Positions 19,315 to 28,966 of a DNA stretch of 64,000 nt are shown here, piece after piece; position 1 is the stretch's first letter, and each line of letters starts with the position of its first letter. The DNA lies in contig DASRKX010000061.1 of NCBI GenBank assembly GCA_035648735.1, positions 528 to 64,527 of the forward strand. Reading direction: 5' to 3'. The DNA comes from Stellaceae bacterium (GTDB lineage Bacteria; Pseudomonadota; Alphaproteobacteria; ATCC43930; CGMCC-115725). Both the position numbers and the translations under genes were made by a program. Below the pieces are notes generated by a model that did no database searches, was not told the DNA's origin, and was given only the letters and a program-made list of their open reading frames with translations.

Positions 19315-21444
19315 CTAGCGGGGACTCAGCTGTTCCTCGACCCGCAGCGCGATCTCGGTCGCCTGGATCTGCTGCCAGAGCGGGATCGGCCATTCGTCGC
19401 CCTGGCGCACGGCGCGGGCGAAGGCGAGTAGCTCGGCGCGGTGACCCTTATCGGCGCCGCTTTTGGCGGCGGCAAGCTTGATCCCGGCAGTGCGGAGGCT
19501 ACGGAAATCGTCGATCTCCATCACCTTGCCGTCGACGAAGATCTCGACCCGCTCCTTTGGCACTTCGCTCGTCCCGGCGGCGGTATAGGTCAGGCTGGCG
19601 ATGGAACCGTCGTCGAAGCCGATGCTGGCCGTGAAATTCTCCGAGGGATGAAGAATCTTGCCGCCGGCCGCCACGGCCGATACGGAGCGGACGCGCGCGC
19701 CGGTGAGGAAGGTAAAGAAATCATAGAAATGGCAGGCCTCACCGCGGTTGCGGCCGCCACCTTCGGGCCCGTTGGCCCAGTGGTCGGGCGGCAACGCGCC
19801 CGCATTTACCCGATAGGTCATGGTCAGCGGCCCGGCGCGCCCGCGCGTCACCGCCGCGACCGCTTCGGCATGCGCGGAGAAGCGACGGTTGAACCCAGTG
19901 AGCAGGAGCGGTGTCGGGCCGCCGGCGTCGGCGAAAAATTTCTCGATCGCAGCCAGCTCGACGCGTTCGAGACATAGCGGCTTCTCGACCAGCACATGCT
20001 TGCCGGCCTTGAGCGCACGCAGGACAAGATCGCCATGCGTGTCGTGGCGCGTCCCGATCAGCACCGCCTCGATCTGTGGATCGCCCAAGATCGCGTCGAC
20101 ATCGGTCGTGGCGAAGCGGGCGCCCCATTGCCTCGCGGCTTCCGACGCCGTATGCCCGTGGCGCGCCGCGACCGCCTGCAGACTGAATTGCTCCGGCGCG
20201 GAGGATATGATCGGCAGCAGCGTGCCGCTGACGAAGCCGCCCGGCCCGATGACGGCGAGACGCAGCGCGCCGTCGCGATCGCGGCGGCGGATCGGGGTAT
20301 CGACCCTAGTGGTCGCTGCCTCGGGACGCGGCGGATAATCGAGCAGCACGGCGAGCGGTCGCGGGCTCCCGACTTGCAGCGCGCGATAGGCCTCGGCCGT
20401 CGATCCCACCGGAAAGCGCGCCGAGATCAACACCGCCACGTCAAGCCGACCTTCGCGGATTAAATGCAGAAAGGCCGCCATATTGCGGTTCTCGGTCCAG
20501 CGCACGTAGCCGATCGGGTAGTCGATCCCCTCCTCCTCGTAACACCGGTCATAGCGGCCCGGGCCGTAGGAGGTCGAGACCCGGAAATCGAGCTCCTTCG
20601 CATAGATATCGGCGCGCTTGATATCGAGCCCGACATCGCCCACCAGGACGACGCGTGCCTTGCGGCGGCACATGCCGAAGGCGGTCGAGACGATTTCGTC
20701 GGAGCCACTCGCAGCGGTGATGATGACGCCGTCGGCGCCCGCACCGTCCGTCAGCCGCGCGACCTGATCCTCGGGAGCGGATTCATTCGGACCGATCGCA
20801 GCATCGAGCCCATGCGCCAGCGCGAATTCCACGCGCGCCTTGTCCGGATCGGCGCCGATGACGCGCATGCCGTTCGCCTTCAACAGCTGGACCGTAAGCT
20901 GTCCGATCAAGCCGAGCCCGATGACGACGAAGGTTTCGCCCAGCGTCGGCTCAGCCCGGCGTACGCCTTGCAGCGCGATGGCGCCGATCGTGACCATCGA
21001 CGCCTGATCGCCGGAAACATTCCCGGGAATCGGCACGACGAGGTTGCGCGGCACGCAGATGATCTCGGCATGGAAGGCGCATTGCGCGCCGCCGCAGGCG
21101 ACGTGTTCGCCGATGGCGATGTCGTCGATTCCGGCGCCCACAGCGACGACCGTGCCACTCGCCGAATAGCCTAGCGGATGATGCGCGTCGAGGCGGGTGC
21201 GGATCGCCTGCCATGTGGCGCCGACGCCCTGCGCCACCGCCATGTTGAGTGCCGCGCGCAACTGTTCCGGCCGTTCCAGGACGCGGCGGAATAATGGCTT
21301 GTCGCTCGCCTGGACGCCGCTGAGCTCGGTGCCCGTCGAGATGCAGGAGTGCTCGACGCGGACGAGAACCGTGCCGGGCTGCACTTGGGGCGCGGGAACT
21401 TCCTCGACGGAAATTCCGTCGCGGCCGATCATCACCTGTTTCAT
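19315..21444 (-). CDS. Bi-domain oxidoreductase: MDR/zinc-type alcohol dehydrogenase domain plus Gfo/Idh/MocA domain
   Basis: ORF trimmed to ATG 21444 (ATGA overlap). N-terminal VRVEHSCISTGTELSG...VIGLGLIGQL. C-terminal LAVIGPGGFVSG...GKHVLVEKPL. Confidence 0.8.
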   Translation of the reverse strand: MKQVMIGRDGISVEEVPAPQVQPGTVLVRVEHSCISTGTELSGVQASDKPLFRRVLERPEQLRAALNMAVAQGVGATWQAIRTRLDAHHPLGYSASGTVVAVGAGIDDIAIGEHVACGGAQCAFHAEIICVPRNLVVPIPGNVSGDQASMVTIGAIALQGVRRAEPTLGETFVVIGLGLIGQLTVQLLKANGMRVIGADPDKARVEFALAHGLDAAIGPNESAPEDQVARLTDGAGADGVIITAASGSDEIVSTAFGMCRRKARVVLVGDVGLDIKRADIYAKELDFRVSTSYGPGRYDRCYEEEGIDYPIGYVRWTENRNMAAFLHLIREGRLDVAVLISARFPVGSTAEAYRALQVGSPRPLAVLLDYPPRPEAATTRVDTPIRRRDRDGALRLAVIGPGGFVSGTLLPIISSAPEQFSLQAVAARHGHTASEAARQWGARFATTDVDAILGDPQIEAVLIGTRHDTHGDLVLRALKAGKHVLVEKPLCLERVELAAIEKFFADAGGPTPLLLTGFNRRFSAHAEAVAAVTRGRAGPLTMTYRVNAGALPPDHWANGPEGGGRNRGEACHFYDFFTFLTGARVRSVSAVAAGGKILHPSENFTASIGFDDGSIASLTYTAAGTSEVPKERVEIFVDGKVMEIDDFRSLRTAGIKLAAAKSGADKGHRAELLAFARAVRQGDEWPIPLWQQIQATEIALRVEEQLSPR

Positions 21445-22772
21445 GCGCATGCCGCCGCACGAGTTCGGGCGGCCTCCATCAGGACGGATTGAAACGCCGG
21501 ACGCACGATCACCGCTTCGTGGTGTCGTTCCACGGTCTCTCTCGCTGCCGCGGTCACGCGACGGCGCAGCGCCATATCCTCGATGATCGCGCGCAGGCCG
21601 GTGGCCAGCGCGGCGGGATCGCGCCGATCGACGACATGGCCCCATTTCTCGTTCATGGCGTATTGCACCTGGGTGATGTCGGGCGGCCCATAGACCAGAA
21701 TCGGCGTGCCGCTCACCATATAGGCCGGCAATTTCGCCGGCATCGAATAACGAATGAAGCGAATGCTGTCGGCGTCGAAATTGACCGGGACCAGCAGCGC
21801 GTCGGCGGCGGCGATCCGCTTATAGAAGGTCTCGTCGTCGGCGATCGTCTCCTCGATCCGGATCGCCGGATCGATTGCCAGGCGGCGGCGGTAGCGGTCA
21901 CCATGGCCCGAGGGCGTCGCGATGCTCAATTTGATCGGATAGCCATCACGGCTGAGCTTTGCGACGGCCTCGGCGCAATCGACCAGCGACTGGAGTTGGG
22001 CATTGGGAAAGATCGAGCCGACATAGAGCAGCTCCGCCGGCCGCCCGACTGCGAGATTCACTTTCGCGGCGTGGCGCCAGCGACCGACATCGATGGTATT
22101 CTGGAAATGCCTAAACGGGCGGCCGTAACGTTGCGCATAGGCCTCCGCCATCGCCGGCGAGATCGCTAGACATTCGGCGGCTCGCGCAAAAAGGCGGGTC
22201 AGGCGGCGCTCCATGATTGGGCGCTCGCGCCGGGCCAGCATGCCATGGCGATAGGACGCTTCCGGCCAGTCGTCCATGATGTGGACGACAAGCGGCAGCT
22301 TGAAGCGCTCGCGAATAGCCTCGACCAGTTCCATCATGCCGTTGCTGCCGAGAATGGTGTAGAGAACATCGGGCTTGAAATCGGCGATCCAGCGCTCGAG
22401 CGCGGGCGTCAAATGCGCGCGCTCCGGCAGGCCCGAGCCGAGGAGCCGGACGCCAATCCCCTTCGCCGCCGAGACGAGGGTTACGTCTGATGCGCCGGCG
22501 ACCGGCCTTTGCGATGTCTGATGCTTCGGCTTGCGCAGCCAGTGCCGCAGCATTGCGAATGGCTCGGCCAGATCGAGCTCCGCCGGGCTGAGGGTGAAAT
22601 ATTTCCGGCACACGTCGTAGCTCGTCGGTTCGGGATCGTTATGTACGGTGGCGAGCCGATCGGGGGGCCAGTCACGGAACAAATTGGAAAAAGCGACACC
22701 ACCGCCAGTCACATGATTGAAGGCATGCGGCGTGACGAAGAGGAGACGGGGGAAGTCTCGATTCGACGTCAT
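21441..22772 (-). CDS. GT-B fold glycosyltransferase (GT4-like)
   Basis: Trimmed to ATG 22772 (ATGA overlap). LLFVTPHAFNHVTGGGVAFSNLF, later LLYVGSIFP... and MPAKLPAYMVSGTPILVYGP. Confidence 0.75.
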   Translation of the reverse strand: MTSNRDFPRLLFVTPHAFNHVTGGGVAFSNLFRDWPPDRLATVHNDPEPTSYDVCRKYFTLSPAELDLAEPFAMLRHWLRKPKHQTSQRPVAGASDVTLVSAAKGIGVRLLGSGLPERAHLTPALERWIADFKPDVLYTILGSNGMMELVEAIRERFKLPLVVHIMDDWPEASYRHGMLARRERPIMERRLTRLFARAAECLAISPAMAEAYAQRYGRPFRHFQNTIDVGRWRHAAKVNLAVGRPAELLYVGSIFPNAQLQSLVDCAEAVAKLSRDGYPIKLSIATPSGHGDRYRRRLAIDPAIRIEETIADDETFYKRIAAADALLVPVNFDADSIRFIRYSMPAKLPAYMVSGTPILVYGPPDITQVQYAMNEKWGHVVDRRDPAALATGLRAIIEDMALRRRVTAAARETVERHHEAVIVRPAFQSVLMEAARTRAAACA

Positions 22773-23764
22773 TTGAACAGCGGATAATGACGCAGATTGG
22801 CGCGGCCCCGCACGATGCGCTTGGCATAGGAGAGCCAATTCCGCACCTTCGCCGGCAGCGGCGCCATGCCCAGGCCGTCGACCGGCGCGACACGCTGGAG
22901 CACGGCATACGCCCGCGCGAGAGCGTCAAGATAGGGCGCGTAGATCAAATCACGCACGTCCTTCGGCAGTTTCCACTCGCCGAAATAGAGATCGAGCCAG
23001 TCCCTAGCGAAAACCCGGAAAGACTGGAAATGATAGAGCAGCAACGGCGTATCATTGAGCAGGACTTGGCCGCCCGAACCGGTCACCCGATATTGTCCGA
23101 CGTTCCACGGACCGACGTTCAGGCCGAGATGCGCGTTCCCGGCGCCGGCAGGAAATTCCACCGTCAGCCGCTCGAGATACTTCTGATCGGCATAGGTGCC
23201 ATTCGTGGCGATGGGGGAAACCGATTCGACGCAGAGATCCCGCCACCGCGCGAGCGCGGCTTTGCCCACCCCGCTTGCCCGGAACGCCACATAGCCGGCA
23301 TTGAACGGACCGGCACTCGGCAGGAACTGCGAAAATTCCGGCGCGAAGCGATGCGGCGTCAGCAAGAAATCCGCGGCGCCGGCGTCCTTCAGAGCAATAT
23401 CGGGATCGCCGAAAAACAGCATGTCGGCGTCGACATAGGCGACCCAATCGAGGCCAGCGTTGGTCGTCAGAAGATGCTCCAGCGCGAAAGATTTCGCGGT
23501 CCAGCAATATTCCGAGATCGGCCGCTTGCCCCGCAGCGACAGCAGCGTCGCGCCGGCGAATTCGGATTCTCGGTAGACCCGGCAACGCGGCAGGGCAAGG
23601 GATTCCAGGATCCGCGCCGCCTGCGGATCGATGCAAAAGAACGCAAATTCCGCCGTCCGGTTATGCCGCATAAGCGACGCCGTGAGTGCCAAGGCGCGCG
23701 GCAGGTAAGGCGGCCCGGCACCGCCGTCGGAAGGCCCCAGGATGGTGGCGTAGATGGATTTCAT
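22769..23764 (-). CDS. Putative nucleotide-diphospho-sugar transferase (GT-A / GT8-like)
   Basis: MKSIYATILG...YLPRALALTASLMRHN, VAYVDADMLFFGDP (DxD). The assignment is by resemblance only. Confidence 0.65.
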   Translation of the reverse strand: MKSIYATILGPSDGGAGPPYLPRALALTASLMRHNRTAEFAFFCIDPQAARILESLALPRCRVYRESEFAGATLLSLRGKRPISEYCWTAKSFALEHLLTTNAGLDWVAYVDADMLFFGDPDIALKDAGAADFLLTPHRFAPEFSQFLPSAGPFNAGYVAFRASGVGKAALARWRDLCVESVSPIATNGTYADQKYLERLTVEFPAGAGNAHLGLNVGPWNVGQYRVTGSGGQVLLNDTPLLLYHFQSFRVFARDWLDLYFGEWKLPKDVRDLIYAPYLDALARAYAVLQRVAPVDGLGMAPLPAKVRNWLSYAKRIVRGRANLRHYPLFK

Positions 23765-23785
23765 CGGCTCAAATCGTCCGCATTC

Positions 23786-25420
23786 CTATAAGTCGCGTGC
23801 CAGCAATTCGGGCGTCTTCAATTGCGTCAGCCAATGCGCAAGACGGCCGAGATCCTCGGTCGCCAGCAGGCTTTCGTCCAGGCGGCGATTGGGCAGCACG
23901 TCGTATTTGAAGGTACCGCCCCGGCGGCCGGCGGCATGGTAGTCGAAAGTGAAGGAGCGCATCGGCACCGGCCGTAAATTGAGCGCACCGTGATAATGAA
24001 GGCGGGCGCGGCGGATCGCTTCGTCGGTCAACCGCGGCACGTCCTGGAGCCCAGCCAGCAACGCCGAATACTGCTCCCGCGTCGCCGGATCGATGGTAAA
24101 GCCCCGTCCCGAATAGCGGCCGGTTCCCGCCGTCACCACCGGAATGCCGAAGCAGGGCAGCTCCATGCCGATGGTGCCGCGCACGGTCAGGCCGTAATCG
24201 GCGACATCGAAAAGGGAGAAGGTGTTGATGTCGGTATCGGCCGCCATCAGCTTTACGTGATCGGGCAGCGCGCCGAAATTCTTCTGCAAGGTCTGCGCCT
24301 CGAGCTGGACGAGCGAGGCTCCGTCCATCTTCGAGCGCCAGACGTTCACCGGATGGACCTTGACCACCCAGTTGAGCCGCGGATTGGCTATGGCGGCGCG
24401 GACGGTCTCCACCAGCCACTGCTCATAATCCTCGAATAGGCTCTCGCCATAGAAGAACGTCGCGTCATAGAGGATATGGGTGAAGATCACGGCGGTCTTC
24501 TTCGCCGGGTCCAATCCCAGCCGACGGCGCAACGCGTCAGGAGTCAGGATCGCCTTGCCTTCCTGCAATTGCTGCCGGTTGTACCAGGCGCCCGAGGCGT
24601 AATTGGCGGCGATGCGGTCGGCGACATCCCGGTCATTCTCCGCGGTCCAGGGCATCTTCAACAGCCGCTGCCACATCGTTTCGGACAGGGTCAGCGGGTG
24701 CTCGTTTCGAGTCTCGCGCCCATAGCGGCGGAAGATCAGGCAATCGGATTGCGGCGCGCCGCACCACTGCACGACATCGATGCCCCGCAATATGCAGGCG
24801 TCGAATATCTCCCCCGCCGGCGTATAGCCCCGCTCGACGAACACGGCGATATCCGGGGACTTCTCATCCAGCAGGCGCTCGACGAAGCGCTTGGCCGCGA
24901 GCGAACGGGCTAGGGTCGCGCGCGTCGCAGCGCGGTGGCGCGGATCGTCGTTGTCCAGTCGGCCGACGCGGAATTGCCGCAGCACCATCGATTGCACGTT
25001 GCGGCCGATGCGGAAGCCGTCGATCTCAAGCTTCACCAGCGCGTGAAGATCCTGCGTGCGTGCCACGATCGTATCGGCCACCGTCGTCGCGACAGCCAAC
25101 GCCGATCCATCGATTGCTGATTCAAGATAGATGAATTCGGTTTCGGGCACCGCCGCCCGGAAGATTTCCTCGATCGGCCGATCCGGCCTCTGCAGCAGGA
25201 TCATGGGTCGATAGCCCTTGAGGCGGAGCAGACCCGCCATCAAGGCTTCGACCTTTGCCGTCGCCGGCATGGTCATCAGATTGCAGAACAGGACATTGCG
25301 TGTGGCAGACGGCGGCTTGGCCGAACGCAAGGGGGCCAACACGCGCCGCCATTTGAGCAGATCGCGTTCGATGGTAAGACGGTTCCACGCGCGGCGAAAC
25401 AAATTCGAGCGCGACGTCAT
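23786..25420 (-). CDS. Capsule-polysaccharide-biosynthesis-like protein (possibly KpsC/KpsS-type); function uncertain
   Basis: ORF 23786..25762 trimmed to ATG 25420 (MTSRSNLF). 544 aa with VKVHPVN and GLTVRGTIGMELPCFGIPVVTAGTGRYSGRGF. Family call is tentative. Confidence 0.6.
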   Translation of the reverse strand: MTSRSNLFRRAWNRLTIERDLLKWRRVLAPLRSAKPPSATRNVLFCNLMTMPATAKVEALMAGLLRLKGYRPMILLQRPDRPIEEIFRAAVPETEFIYLESAIDGSALAVATTVADTIVARTQDLHALVKLEIDGFRIGRNVQSMVLRQFRVGRLDNDDPRHRAATRATLARSLAAKRFVERLLDEKSPDIAVFVERGYTPAGEIFDACILRGIDVVQWCGAPQSDCLIFRRYGRETRNEHPLTLSETMWQRLLKMPWTAENDRDVADRIAANYASGAWYNRQQLQEGKAILTPDALRRRLGLDPAKKTAVIFTHILYDATFFYGESLFEDYEQWLVETVRAAIANPRLNWVVKVHPVNVWRSKMDGASLVQLEAQTLQKNFGALPDHVKLMAADTDINTFSLFDVADYGLTVRGTIGMELPCFGIPVVTAGTGRYSGRGFTIDPATREQYSALLAGLQDVPRLTDEAIRRARLHYHGALNLRPVPMRSFTFDYHAAGRRGGTFKYDVLPNRRLDESLLATEDLGRLAHWLTQLKTPELLARDL

Positions 25421-25520
25421 GCGCTGGCGCGTTCCCGCGCATCGGCGACACCGCGGTGTAAAGCTGAGAATGCCATCGAAATATCGTTTATACTTTCGCT
25501 CGCGAGATAGAGGATGCCCG
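25421..25520. promoter_or_regulatory. 100-nt divergent promoter region with an AT-rich imperfect palindrome and a TATACT hexamer
   Basis: CGAAATATCGTTTATACTTTCG at 25477-25498 (CGAAA/TTTCG arms). TATACT at 25489-25494 lies 26 nt upstream of ATG 25521, followed by GAGATAGAGGA (SD-like). Confidence 0.35.
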
Positions 25521-26534
25521 ATGGCTGACGACGACAGACCGGATCGCGTGGTGATTGTCGGCGGCGGCCGATGGGCCCGCGTTCTCGTTCCGGAACTGGT
25601 CGGCTTGCTGGCTCGGGACGTTCCGCTCGCGATCGTCAGCCCCGGCAGCGCTGCAGACATGCAGCGCTGGCTTCGAAAAAATGCCGCTCTGACCGGCCTC
25701 ACGGTCGATATCGGCACGGACTTCCCTGCCTGCGCAAACACCGGTGAATTGGCGCTCGCCATCGTCGCGAACCGGCCCGTGGATCACGTTTCCGCCGCTG
25801 CGGCAATGATCGAGCGTGGCTACCACGTCCTGGTGGAGAAGCCGCTGGCGATCGACCCCGGCGACGCGCGCCGGCTGGTCGCGCTTGGGCAACGTTCGCG
25901 GCGCACCGTCATGGCCGGCCTTACGCAACTTTTTGCGCCCTATATCCAGGCGTTTCGTGAATTGCTGCCGTTTGCGCCCGGTGAAATCGACCGCTTCGAT
26001 CTTGCGTGGCAAGATCCGGCCGAGGAAACCCGCTACGGCGAGATCAAGCGCCCCGACGCGGAAACCGGAATCGCTCTCGATCTTGTGCCGCATGCCTGGT
26101 CCCTGGCGCGCGCCCTGGTCTCGACCGGCGCGCCCATGACGATGGCGCTCAGCAAGTCGAACGACGCCGAAACCGAAATCACCGTCGAAGCCCGCATCGG
26201 CGATTGCGCCGGTACTTTCCGGCTGAGCCGCGCGGCGCCGGCGCGGCGGCGGCGACTCGATCTCTGGACCGCGACGCAGACGGCGACGCTCGATTTCACG
26301 AAAGGCCCGATGATCGCGACGATCGACGGCGCTCCGCCCGTTTTGCTGCCCGAGCGCGTCACCGGTGGCGGTGCGATTGCCCGGGAATGGCGCTATTTCC
26401 TGGCTCGCGCGCGCGACATCCAAGCCGGCATCGAACCGCCCCACCATCCCGCTTGCGGCGCGCAGACGATCGAGGCTGTCGAGCTTGCCTGCGCGATCGA
26501 TCGCGCCGTGCAGGCCCGGCGGCGAACGCGCTGA
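25521..26534 (+). CDS. Gfo/Idh/MocA-family oxidoreductase
   Basis: Trimmed to ATG 25521. VVIVGGGRWARVLVPEL and GYHVLVEKPLAI. Confidence 0.8.
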   Translation: MADDDRPDRVVIVGGGRWARVLVPELVGLLARDVPLAIVSPGSAADMQRWLRKNAALTGLTVDIGTDFPACANTGELALAIVANRPVDHVSAAAAMIERGYHVLVEKPLAIDPGDARRLVALGQRSRRTVMAGLTQLFAPYIQAFRELLPFAPGEIDRFDLAWQDPAEETRYGEIKRPDAETGIALDLVPHAWSLARALVSTGAPMTMALSKSNDAETEITVEARIGDCAGTFRLSRAAPARRRRLDLWTATQTATLDFTKGPMIATIDGAPPVLLPERVTGGGAIAREWRYFLARARDIQAGIEPPHHPACGAQTIEAVELACAIDRAVQARRRTR

Positions 26535-26556
26535 GCGGCGCCGTCGATATTGTATC

Positions 26557-27654
26557 TCAGCCCGTCTCGGCGATCTGCGCCAGCGTGAAAGCGCGCAGAT
26601 CGGACGGCGTCGCCCCCTCGGCGTGGCGCTTGTACCAAGCGGCGCTCATTGCCAAGGCCTGCGCGACCGGGATTTCGCATGTCCAGCCCAGCGATTCGAA
26701 CGCTAGCGTTGAATCGACCGCGAGAAAACCGGCCTCGTGGGCGCCCTCCGGATCGGGATCGTGCTGCCAGCGCCGGTTGTCGCCCCAGGCGCGTGTGAAT
26801 TGGTCCGCAATCTCGCCCACCGTTATTCCGTCTGATTTCGGCCCCAGATTGACGGCGCTTGGACAGGAATCCTTGGCCTCAGCCAATGCCCGCGCCAGCA
26901 TCAGGTAGCCGCGCGTGACGTCGACGACGTGTTGCCAGGGCCGCACGGCCTGCGGCCGGCGGATATGGCCCGGCAGGTTGGCGGAAAATGCCCGCGCCAG
27001 ATCGGGCAGCAGACGGTCCTCCGCCCAGTCGCCGCCGCCGATGACGTTTCCGGCGCGTACCGTCGCCAGAGCGCCACTCGTTTCATCCGGAAAGAAGGAT
27101 CGCCGATAACTGGCGGTGATCAAATCGGCGCAGGCCTTGCTGGCGGCGTAAGGGTCATGTCCACCCAGCGACTCGTTCTCGCGATAGGGCTCGTGCCGCT
27201 CGCGATTCTCATAAACCTTGTCGGAGGTGACGATGACGGCCGCCCGGAGTCGCGGCGCCGATCGGCAGGCGTCGAGGAGCTGCGCCGTCCCGATGACGTT
27301 GGTGGCGATCGTTCCAAGCGGATCGCGATAGGACCGCCGGACGAGCGATTGGGCCGCAAGGTGGAAAACGATTTCCGGGTCGGCCGCGCGAACGGCCGCG
27401 GCGATGTCGTCGTTCTTGCGGACGTCGCCCACCCGATGGGTGCAGAGGGGCGCCAGATCGACGGCTTCAAAGAAATTCGGCGGCCCTTCGGGCGGCAGGG
27501 CCATGCCCCACACCCGCGCCCCCAGCGATGAGAGCCACAGCGTCAGCCAGCCGCCCTTGAAGCCGGTATGCCCGGTAACGAGGACGCGGCGATCGCGCCA
27601 GAATTCGGCGATGGGCCGAAAGCGCGCTTCCGTAGGCAATGCGAGATCTTTCAA
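26557..27654 (-). CDS. rfbG: CDP-glucose 4,6-dehydratase
   Basis: FWRDRRVLVTGHTGFKGGWLTLWLSSLGARVWGMAL, YAASKACADL (YxxxK). TTG start as in the ORF track. Confidence 0.9.
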   Translation of the reverse strand: MKDLALPTEARFRPIAEFWRDRRVLVTGHTGFKGGWLTLWLSSLGARVWGMALPPEGPPNFFEAVDLAPLCTHRVGDVRKNDDIAAAVRAADPEIVFHLAAQSLVRRSYRDPLGTIATNVIGTAQLLDACRSAPRLRAAVIVTSDKVYENRERHEPYRENESLGGHDPYAASKACADLITASYRRSFFPDETSGALATVRAGNVIGGGDWAEDRLLPDLARAFSANLPGHIRRPQAVRPWQHVVDVTRGYLMLARALAEAKDSCPSAVNLGPKSDGITVGEIADQFTRAWGDNRRWQHDPDPEGAHEAGFLAVDSTLAFESLGWTCEIPVAQALAMSAAWYKRHAEGATPSDLRAFTLAQIAETG

Positions 27655-27673
27655 GATTGCTCGGTGCGTCCGC

Positions 27674-28927
27674 TCAGGGTTCGACGATCCGAAGCTCGGG
27701 CAGCGGAATGACCAGCTTCGCCTTCACGCCCCGGCCCCTGAGTTCGGCCATGATCGGCTCCGCATAATGCCAAGCCAGCAGGACGACATAGTCCGATTTC
27801 TCTTCCGTCAGCCGGGCGTTGTTGACGATTGGAATGTGTTTTCCGGGGAGATACATGCCGAGCTTGAGCGACGTCGGCTGCTCGTAGATGTAAGGCATCA
27901 GGCTGCGATCGATACCCGTGTAGTTGATCAACGTGCTGCACCGTCCGGGGCAGGAGTTTCCGACGAGGCGCAACCCGCGCCGCCAGCTATCGAGCGCCAA
28001 TCCCAGCAGATCGGCGCGGGCACGCTGCACGCGGTCGACAAAGTCCCGATAGATTTTGGGCTCGAACAGGCCGAAGCGGATTTCGGCGTCGAGAAGTTCG
28101 CCGACCCTGGCCTGAGCCGCATGCCCGTTGCCCTTGCGGGCCGTCAGGCGGAGCGTGCCCGAGTAGCGGTCCATCACCTCGGCATCCACGACCGTGAAGT
28201 CGTACATGGAAAACAGCATGCAGAGGGATTTCAAACTGTAGGAGCGCAAATGCTCGTGATAGATGCTGTCGTATTGTCCCTTGCGCAGGATTTCGATGAG
28301 ATAGTGGGCTTCGATCACGAAAGCCCCGCCGTCGCGCAACAGGGCCTCCGCCGCGCGCATCACCTCGCCGAGCATCGTCATATGCGCGAACATGTTCGTC
28401 GCCGTCAGCAGATCGGCGTGGCCGTGCTCCTTGACGATGTCGCGCGCCAGTTTCTCGGTAAAGAGCGATTGAACCGTCTCGACGCCCGCGGCACGTGCGA
28501 TCTGCGCGATGTTGGTCGGTTCGACGCCGAGAACGCGCGCGCCGCGGCGCTTGATCGCGCCGAGCAAGGTTCCGTCGTTCGAGCCGATGTCGACGGCGAA
28601 GGCGCCCGCCCCGACCCCCAAGCCGACGACGAAGTCGGCGAGCCCCTCCATGTGCTGGACGACTTCGCGCGTGATGCCGCTGCGGTAGGGATAGGCCGGG
28701 TGATAGACGACGCTGCCGTCGACGGCGTAGTCGAGCTGTCCGAGGCCGCAAACGGGGCATCGGACAAGGCGCAACGGGAATGTGGGCTCCGGCCCGTCCA
28801 ACTGCTCGGCGGTAAGCAGCGAATCGCAAAGGGGTTGATGCCCCAAATCGATGACTGGATCCAACGAATCCGAGCCGCAGACTTGGCAGCGCCTGATCGG
28901 TCCGATCTTGACGTCGTGATCAATCAC
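27674..28927 (-). CDS. NDP-hexose C-methyltransferase family protein (Zn-ribbon + class I MT + C-terminal C-methyltransferase domain), paralogue 1
   Basis: 417 aa. CQVCGS...CPVCGLGQLD, VDIGSNDGTLL, NMFAHM, YHEHLRSYS. GTG start. Confidence 0.85.
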   Translation of the reverse strand: MIDHDVKIGPIRRCQVCGSDSLDPVIDLGHQPLCDSLLTAEQLDGPEPTFPLRLVRCPVCGLGQLDYAVDGSVVYHPAYPYRSGITREVVQHMEGLADFVVGLGVGAGAFAVDIGSNDGTLLGAIKRRGARVLGVEPTNIAQIARAAGVETVQSLFTEKLARDIVKEHGHADLLTATNMFAHMTMLGEVMRAAEALLRDGGAFVIEAHYLIEILRKGQYDSIYHEHLRSYSLKSLCMLFSMYDFTVVDAEVMDRYSGTLRLTARKGNGHAAQARVGELLDAEIRFGLFEPKIYRDFVDRVQRARADLLGLALDSWRRGLRLVGNSCPGRCSTLINYTGIDRSLMPYIYEQPTSLKLGMYLPGKHIPIVNNARLTEEKSDYVVLLAWHYAEPIMAELRGRGVKAKLVIPLPELRIVEP

Positions 28928-28966
28928 GGGAGAGTAGCCTTCGATTTTTTTGTTGCATGGGATACA

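Noticed and set aside
25421-25520. ops-like CGCGGTGT on the minus strand in the leader of the 25420 unit.
   Set aside because: It matches the ops core at only 5/8 positions, which is indistinguishable from background.
26535-26556. 22-nt convergent junction containing the palindrome CGGCGCCG.
   Set aside because: An 8-mer self-complementary sequence without a loop cannot form a terminator hairpin. It is probably incidental in GC-rich DNA.
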